NCBI GenBank assembly: GCA_000165345.1 | Contig: CM000435.1 | Coordinates: forward strand, 1,024,001-1,088,000 | Direction: 5' to 3' | Length of the DNA: 64,000 nucleotides | Shown here: piece by piece, positions 58,042-64,000 of the stretch | How the letters are laid out: each line of letters opens with the position of its first letter | Numbering within the stretch: the first letter of the stretch is position 1 | The notes under the pieces: model-generated | What the model was told of the DNA's origin: nothing | Database searches by the model: none | Seen by the model: the letters and a program-made list of their open reading frames with translations, nothing else | Made by a program: the position numbers and the translations under genes

Positions 58042-59847
58042 TTATATTATGCATACTAGATTTCTAGGATTGGTCTCCCAACTTAAAATTGCCATAGTAA
58101 CGGAGGTAAAGGAGATTACGCTACCAATAAAAACCATAAATCCAATAAAGAGTTGTCCGGCTTTTGAAATTCTCTCCCTATTAAGACTGAAATAGAATAA
58201 AGGTGGATAAACAAATGCTAAAGGAACACATAATAGTCCTCCAGTAATTGTTACAAAGCTTCCTAACTCATCTTCAAAGTTATAGGCTAAAATCCCACAT
58301 AATAAAACCAGAGAATAAGAAATTAAAGCCCTCAGAGCTGAGTGGTGGAACTTTGATCTGGAATCTATGAGTCTGTCTTGGCTCAAGTCAACGATCTGGG
58401 CCCCATCGTCTTCTATTTCCTCTAGCCTTTCCAAGCTTTCCTTCTTTACTATTCTTGGAATACTTTTATTACTCTTATCACCGCCAATACCGCTACAAAT
58501 ATCAGTCTCCAAATTCTCAATAACTGCTCCTTTCTCTGATTTATTCTCTTTATTAGCCTTCATATTTTCCAATTTCAAACTGGAAGTTGAATTCTCCACA
58601 GGAGAGTAAACCACTTTGTTCCCAATGGAGGAATCCCAGCTTTCAGATATTGACGCAAGCTGAATAATCTTTGAAGTAGAAAACAGATTGTTCTGGAATG
58701 ATGATATATTCTCTGAATTCTTCAAAGAGGAGGAAGAAAAATTCAGCTGAGAAGCCCTTAAAATATTTGTACTCGTAGGATTTATCCGGATATTCTTTTT
58801 TGAAAGCTCACTTTCATGCTGGTCATCTGTGATCATGAAAAGTTCTTTCTTAATCTCTTTTCCGGTTACTTTCTCTTTATCAACTTTTGAAACAGGATTT
58901 GTCTCAATCTTCTCCAGATTCTCCATACTCTTTCTTCCTATAAAGGGAAGTTTTATCTGAAATATATATTTTTCTATAATCCCCATAGATGGGAAAAGCT
59001 GTAATGGGACGGAAAACATTATTGCAGATGAGTATATTATTAGAGAAATTATTTTGGCTTTTGGATTCAATATATTCTCAGTTACTGGAGAGGTAGTATC
59101 ATCACCAAATGAATAGTAAACAAAGCTTGCAAAGAAGTTTGAGATTACCCCAATCAATATCATTGTAAAGGTTAATATTGCTGGAAAAGCTTGGAGTAAA
59201 TACTCCGGAGTTGAATTCCTTATTGGAAGTATCAACGCTATTCCTTCATAATTAAATGCACTTGTTCCAAGTACTAACCCTGCTCCATATATGCTACCAA
59301 GCCTTGAAATTTCTGGTCTACCAATCGGATATCTTTCCAGATTTTGATAACCATAATAGATTATTACTCCAAGTACTGAGAACACTGAAATATTTGCTAA
59401 TACACTGAGAAATCCCAGATTTTCAATATCTCTCAAAAAGATAAAGGGTAAGTAAATTACCATCTGGAAACAAATCAGCTTAAGTATTGGAATTTCTAAC
59501 TGGCAACTTGAAATGGAATATATTATTTCTTGAATATTATGAGATACAAAAATCATATAAACTGTAGAAAAGCCTAGCTGAGAAAAGAATATTGAAGTAT
59601 CAACCAAAATTAATCCAGATCTTCCCCAAACTCTCTCTGCTAACTCTCCTAAGGTTTCTTTGCCTTGACAACACTTAACCAAAAATCTGATTGAAATGAT
59701 AGCCAAGAAACAAACCAAAGTTGATAATATATTTCCACTAATAATACCTGAAACTCTAAACGTTCCTGGCAAAAAGATAATCCCAGTCCCAATAAAAGAC
59801 TTGATCAGTGTGACCATTATCCTCAAGCACGGCCTCACTCTTTTCAT
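58042..59847 (-). CDS. Amino-acid transporter of the AAAP/Aa_trans (SLC32/36/38-like) family, a multi-pass membrane protein
   Basis: The N-terminal TM1 motif LIKSFIGTGIIFLPGTF is diagnostic of the Aa_trans family, which has KxFxGxGxLxLP. About 10 hydrophobic segments are present, with a long hydrophilic loop of about 170 aa. The tracked ORF starts with a TTG at 59871, and the first ATG gives MKRVRPCLRIMVTL. A TTTTAG acceptor-like sequence lies immediately upstream, so a short 5' exon cannot be excluded. Confidence 0.6.
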   Translation of the reverse strand: MKRVRPCLRIMVTLIKSFIGTGIIFLPGTFRVSGIISGNILSTLVCFLAIISIRFLVKCCQGKETLGELAERVWGRSGLILVDTSIFFSQLGFSTVYMIFVSHNIQEIIYSISSCQLEIPILKLICFQMVIYLPFIFLRDIENLGFLSVLANISVFSVLGVIIYYGYQNLERYPIGRPEISRLGSIYGAGLVLGTSAFNYEGIALILPIRNSTPEYLLQAFPAILTFTMILIGVISNFFASFVYYSFGDDTTSPVTENILNPKAKIISLIIYSSAIMFSVPLQLFPSMGIIEKYIFQIKLPFIGRKSMENLEKIETNPVSKVDKEKVTGKEIKKELFMITDDQHESELSKKNIRINPTSTNILRASQLNFSSSSLKNSENISSFQNNLFSTSKIIQLASISESWDSSIGNKVVYSPVENSTSSLKLENMKANKENKSEKGAVIENLETDICSGIGGDKSNKSIPRIVKKESLERLEEIEDDGAQIVDLSQDRLIDSRSKFHHSALRALISYSLVLLCGILAYNFEDELGSFVTITGGLLCVPLAFVYPPLFYFSLNRERISKAGQLFIGFMVFIGSVISFTSVTMAILSWETNPRNLVCII

Positions 59848-60045
59848 TATTAATGGCTCTAAAATTCCCAAGTTATAAAAGAATATTGTACAATTATCTT
59901 TCTATGAGCCAGTTACACTGTATATCATAACTCCTTCTTGTATTTTTCTCTTTTATTTTTCCTTTTTTCTCTTCTTCCAGATAATTTCTCTTTTCTCTTT
60001 ATTAAATGCTTTTACATGCAAAAATGCACCAAATTTTGAGATTAT

Positions 60046-60055
60046 GCCGCCAAAA
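60046..60055. promoter_or_regulatory. E2F-like motif GCCGCCAAAA (reverse complement TTTTGGCGGC) upstream of the amino-acid transporter gene
   Basis: The string gattatgccgccaaaaatgattg was read directly. Confidence 0.35.
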
Positions 60056-60666
60056 ATGATTGTCTTTAATTATATTCCCAATTAGAACCAGAGGAATTAA
60101 TTTGAATGAGTGTTATAGATCGAACTTTTTTAAAGCATTTCTATAAAATATGAACTCAACATATTTGGATTCTTATATTCTTTAAAACTTACCTTGGTTA
60201 AGTTTGGACTGATCTAACTTACCAGAATATTAGAAGCCTTGATTTCCAAATTAATTATAGCTTTTATTATCCCTAATAATATAGAAGGGATTTTTAATAT
60301 AATATATCTGATCTTGAGAAATGATTACTCTGTTTATGAAGGAAATCTGAAAAGAAAAAAACAAAATTGAAGTTGAGTAATATTAATTTATTAGGTGTGG
60401 GAAGATGAAAATTGGTTTCTGAACTGATGAAAAGATAGACTGCATTGAACTGAGTTAAACAAGAAATAATTAATAATCTGAAATATAAATTTCTATAAGC
60501 CAATAATAAATTAATCTTCTTGCTGTTTTTGAATATAAATCTTTATCATATATTGATCAGCTTTGGCTGGAAGAATAATTAAGAATGATTTGCTGTATAT
60601 AGGGAGTCGTTATATTGTTTATTTGGATTATAAGATTTGCATACAATACAGTAAAATTCTTTTCTA

Positions 60667-62805
60667 TTACTCTGTAGAAGTTGTAGTACTAGTAGTATCC
60701 TTTGTACAACTCTTTCCGTAAATCATAAAGGAACCACCAGTTTGAGTGCTATCAACAAACATTTGAGAAACCTCAATCTTGACCTCCTTTGCAGTTAATG
60801 GGTACTGTAACATATATTTATGAGCATTTAGACTGGCAGTGTGGGCAAGAGTAAACTTCTCTTGGACGTTAGTCTCATGCATTTCATCAACTTGTTGTTT
60901 AATATACATGGTCAATGAAGCTGGCCACATTGATGGATTATCCAATGGAATATATTGGAAGTCAGTGACTTCAACAGGTTGCTTGAATTTGATGGTAATG
61001 CTCTCACCGATAGTATTTCCTACAGAAGTTTTCCAAGCTCCAAAAGGCTCATCGCGATTCTTTCCCTTTAATGCATAGATCCCATCATATTCAGGACTTT
61101 GAGAAGATGAAGACTTTACAGATTCAACAAAAGCATCAGTACTGAGGAGCTTTCTTTCTGAACATTGTGTGGTAGCTAAGGATGCTTCAGTTGGATGCTG
61201 CTTGAAGAAGAGAATGAAAGGTTTGGATTCATTAACCTTAAGAGAGATATCAGTTGCTTTTGGGATAGTTACTTGTGCAACCTTCATTGTTTGAGTTTCA
61301 ACAGCCTTGCTGGAATCAGTTTTGTCAGTCTTATAGATTGAGAATACAGAGTCAGTGTTAGTGAATTGGAGATTTTCAGCAGTGACTGGCAATTTATCAG
61401 TAACATCAGCAGCAATGAACATTGTGCATGGCTGATTAACACTAACCTTCATATTGTGTAGTTCTGGGGAAGATGATGACTTAAGCATCTTTAAGCCTTC
61501 AAATCCAGATGGTAAGTCAGCAATGAAATGGGTATTACTATCCTTGTGAGCAAATTCTCCATTTCTTAAAGTAGAGATCTCATAAAATACTGGGTTAACA
61601 CCTGAAAGTTTCAATGGTTGTCTTGGATTTCCAGTATAGAAGTATGAACTTGGGATAACCTGCTCTTGAATATTTGAAGTCTTCCACATTAATTTAATTG
61701 AGGCAATATCTGGATTTTTATATCTAAGATGACTGCTATGGAACATCTCAACTCTAATTCTATACTTTTGCCCACCAACTAATTCTTGAGCTACTGAAGT
61801 AACTTTAACTGGGCCATCATGTCTTGCATCCAATAATAATGGAACAGCTCTCTCAGAGGAGGCATCCCCAGAGGAAGGTTGTGGCATTCTGTCGATAATG
61901 ATTGCTCTTCCACCCAAGAATAATCTTGCTCCACAATCAGCTTCAATGCTGAAGTAGTATCTTCCAGACTCAGGAGCAAGTAAAAATCCGTCCCATCTGA
62001 TGGAAAATTGCTGATTTGGAACACCCTCAATCGGGTCCTTTGAAATATACATCATATTAATATTTCTATCATTTCTATAATTTCTTGGAGCACCATCAAA
62101 CTTTGGATTGTCATAATATGACCCTCTTAAACCATCTGGGAAAGGAATATCTTCATATCCTGGTAACAACTCACAGTTTTCTGGTCTGCTCAAAGCAAAG
62201 TCACGATCTCTTACGATATCTTTTTCTAATTCATCAATGCTTGTTTTTAAAACATCAACCTTTGTAATTGATTCTTCAATCTTATTCAGGCAATGCTGAC
62301 CTTTCTGAATTAATGACTCAATATTGTCCAATCTACTGCTTACTATTGATTGCTGAGAACCACAAGTACTGTTGTATCTCTCAAGCAAGTCTGTTAATCT
62401 TGAAGCTTGGTTATCTAATTGATTTGCAATCTTAGCTGATTCTCTTGCCTTGACTTCAAAAATCTCATTTGCCTTTGTACGGAGCATATCATAGTTCACA
62501 ACAGGTAAGCAGTAATTCCAGTTCTTTGAACCTTGGGATGCTACCTGTGGCTCAACATAACACCACTCTCTTCCAGAAGTCCCATCTGGAGACTTTGCTA
62601 TTGTACAATCTGTATATGTCTGGAAATCCTGTACAAATACTGCAGAACAGAGTCTTCCATCTACTGTTCTCCTAAATTGTTGTCTATACTGAGCAAGCTC
62701 CTGAAGAAGCTGCGAAGTTGGTGCTTGTTGAGTTGTTTGGCTCAAAGCATTTCCTGCCAATAATATGAAGCTTAGGCCTTTAAATACACCCTTGAATTTC
62801 AACAT
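60667..62805 (-). CDS. Secreted multidomain protein with a fibronectin type II-like module, a coiled coil and a PA14 (anthrax protective antigen N-terminal-like) domain. Its architecture matches apicomplexan FNPA/CCp5-type adhesion proteins.
   Basis: The tracked ORF ends at 62979 with a GTG start. An in-frame ATG at 62805 gives MLKFKGVFKGLSFILLAGNALSQ, a signal peptide. The FN2-like stretch is CSAVFVQDFQTYTDCTIAKSPDGTSGREWCYVEPQVASQGSKNWNYC. A heptad-rich coiled-coil region follows. The PA14-like stretch is GSYYDNPKFDGAPRNYRNDRNINMMYISKDP......FSIRWDGFLLAPESGRYYFSIEADCGARLFLGGRAIIIDRM. No TM segment is present. An alternative earlier ATG (M11, about 62949) lies within a TGCATGC-rich promoter-like segment. 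Confidence 0.6.
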   Translation of the reverse strand: MLKFKGVFKGLSFILLAGNALSQTTQQAPTSQLLQELAQYRQQFRRTVDGRLCSAVFVQDFQTYTDCTIAKSPDGTSGREWCYVEPQVASQGSKNWNYCLPVVNYDMLRTKANEIFEVKARESAKIANQLDNQASRLTDLLERYNSTCGSQQSIVSSRLDNIESLIQKGQHCLNKIEESITKVDVLKTSIDELEKDIVRDRDFALSRPENCELLPGYEDIPFPDGLRGSYYDNPKFDGAPRNYRNDRNINMMYISKDPIEGVPNQQFSIRWDGFLLAPESGRYYFSIEADCGARLFLGGRAIIIDRMPQPSSGDASSERAVPLLLDARHDGPVKVTSVAQELVGGQKYRIRVEMFHSSHLRYKNPDIASIKLMWKTSNIQEQVIPSSYFYTGNPRQPLKLSGVNPVFYEISTLRNGEFAHKDSNTHFIADLPSGFEGLKMLKSSSSPELHNMKVSVNQPCTMFIAADVTDKLPVTAENLQFTNTDSVFSIYKTDKTDSSKAVETQTMKVAQVTIPKATDISLKVNESKPFILFFKQHPTEASLATTQCSERKLLSTDAFVESVKSSSSQSPEYDGIYALKGKNRDEPFGAWKTSVGNTIGESITIKFKQPVEVTDFQYIPLDNPSMWPASLTMYIKQQVDEMHETNVQEKFTLAHTASLNAHKYMLQYPLTAKEVKIEVSQMFVDSTQTGGSFMIYGKSCTKDTTSTTTSTE

Positions 62806-62900
62806 TTCTTCCTTTTTTATTTTGAAACTCTCAAGATGAGAATATTTCTTGTTTTTAAAAAATATATTTTCAAAAACTATTACTTTTACTATCCTGTAAT

Positions 62901-62968
62901 TGCATGCGTGGGGACCATATTTGCATATACCGTCTTTATTGGCATGCATACTTGCAAATTTGCATGCG
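62901..62968. promoter_or_regulatory. Cluster of three TGCATGC(G/A) palindromic motifs immediately upstream of the FN2/PA14 gene. There is no GGCGCC motif in this promoter.
   Basis: The motifs are tgcatgcg at 62901, gcatgcat at 62942 and tgcatgcg at 62961, all within 70 nt. Confidence 0.4.
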
Positions 62969-63217
62969 CACTTGTCCACATGCTTAATATTAATTTAATT
63001 AAAATATATATGAAATTCCAATATATAAATTTCAAAGTTTTATTTGTTAGTTAAAAGAGGTAAAATTTCAATATTAACCCTACTTTGATTTTTTTTTTTT
63101 ATAATTTAAATTTAAAAATTCTATTTATAGTTAATACTAAAAAGGATATAAATATAGATATATGTTATTTTATTTAGAAATATCTGGATACTTTGATTAA
63201 TTGAACCAATTTATGCC

Positions 63218-64000
63218 TTATTTTTTTATTAACAAAAAGCATAAAACGGCCAAAACAAGCAAAGCCCCAAACCCTAAAACCAAATAAAATGTATTACTAG
63301 ACAAGAACGATTGCAGACTGTTTGGAGGTTTTCCACTGAAGACGATTTGTCTTCCTAGCTGTAACTCTCTGCTAACCTCTCTTGGCACCTTCCTGCTAAT
63401 CTGTACCTTTTCTGTATATTTGTAATTCTTCTCTGCCTCGTCCTTATCTTCATCTTCTTTGTTAGATGATTGTGCGTTTTTTGATACCCTCCCATGTTCA
63501 AATTCCTCAAAGTCCTCCTCATCTTCATACTCCTCCTGCTGTACCGTATTTCCAGGATAATCTTTCAAAAGTCCCTGAACAATTTTATATTGTGCTAACT
63601 GTGATTCAAGCATCCTTGAACACGACAAACGGAGGCAAAACTTATAAAATCTCATATCACATGATTTTTTTTCTTTGCATTTAGCTTTAACTTTAAATTC
63701 ATATGGTCTATAAACCCCAGACCTATCAAGTGGTAAAGAAAATGATCTAGAAATCATTGTCATGGTTTCTTTCGTCTTCTTGTGTTTTAATTTTAATGGA
63801 TTCAAATTATGGGTAATCGGACAAAGAGAATTTCCTCTTGATGCCCTAACATTCATACCACGCATATTAATCTCCTCCAAGGTTTCATCTAAATCAATCT
63901 GAAATTCAATTGGAGGAATTGTCTTACCTTTTGGCTTATTGATCAAGACCGCAATGTTAAAAGTGACAGTGGAATAAAGTGAAGTATAACTACCTGTTGA
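63218..64000 (-). CDS. Hypothetical tail-anchored membrane protein with an acidic middle region and a C-terminal TM helix. The 5' end is unresolved. The reading frame stays open to the window edge, so the N-terminus may lie outside the window.
   Basis: The tracked ORF 63218..63946 begins with a TTG. The frame stays open upstream through 63947..64000, reading STGSYTSLYSTVTFNIAV-LINKPKGK.... The C-terminus FYLVLGFGALLVLAVLCFLLIKK followed by a stop is a TM anchor. The alternative start is internal Met28, MRGMNVRAS. Confidence 0.35.
   Translation of the reverse strand, partial: STGSYTSLYSTVTFNIAVLINKPKGKTIPPIEFQIDLDETLEEINMRGMNVRASRGNSLCPITHNLNPLKLKHKKTKETMTMISRSFSLPLDRSGVYRPYEFKVKAKCKEKKSCDMRFYKFCLRLSCSRMLESQLAQYKIVQGLLKDYPGNTVQQEEYEDEEDFEEFEHGRVSKNAQSSNKEDEDKDEAEKNYKYTEKVQISRKVPREVSRELQLGRQIVFSGKPPNSLQSFLSSNTFYLVLGFGALLVLAVLCFLLIKK

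Noticed and set aside
1-64000. A search for prokaryotic-style features: CRISPR arrays, operons, defence islands, IS elements and tRNA genes
   Set aside because: The window is eukaryotic, with spliceosomal introns, microexons, signal peptides and eukaryote-specific complexes. There are no direct-repeat/spacer arrays and no transposase-like ORFs. I could find no tRNA-like cloverleaf with a GTTCGA T-loop by eye. Nothing of this kind can be supported.

Overview
This window is a gene-dense, AT-rich, intron-poor eukaryotic chromosomal segment, almost certainly from an apicomplexan of the Cryptosporidium type. It shows no bacterial operon or defence-system organisation. Three observations support the organism call: gene spacing of 25 to 1000 bp with alternating strands; GGCGCC-core E2F-like motifs in nearly every divergent promoter; and the presence of a poly-Thr mucin, a CCp/FNPA-type FN2+PA14 adhesin and a 3082-aa cysteine-rich surface protein.

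I resolve about 33 protein-coding genes. Most are single-exon housekeeping genes that I recognise with reasonable confidence: ABCC/MRP transporter, DDX41 helicase, RPA1, RAD23, RPB6, RPS4, LSm5, prefoldin-2, CHMP2, Ctf18-like RFC ATPase, Rab GDI/REP, SPOUT1-like methyltransferase, POP7, a cyclin, two PTC7-type PP2C phosphatases, a MARCH-type RING-CH protein, a START-domain protein and an amino-acid transporter. Alongside these sits a cluster of secreted or surface proteins.

The six-frame ORF track uses TTG and GTG as start codons. I trimmed several ORFs to the first real ATG. In each trimmed case this either exposes a signal peptide or places an E2F-like motif back in the promoter.

The track also misses or fragments four spliced genes that I reconstructed by hand: a two-exon NEDD8; RPS4 with a one-codon first exon and a 370-nt intron that carries a C/D-box snoRNA-like element; a four-exon GST-like gene; and a two-exon hypothetical gene. 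All have canonical GT-AG introns. All coordinates come from manual counting and may be off by 1-2 nt.
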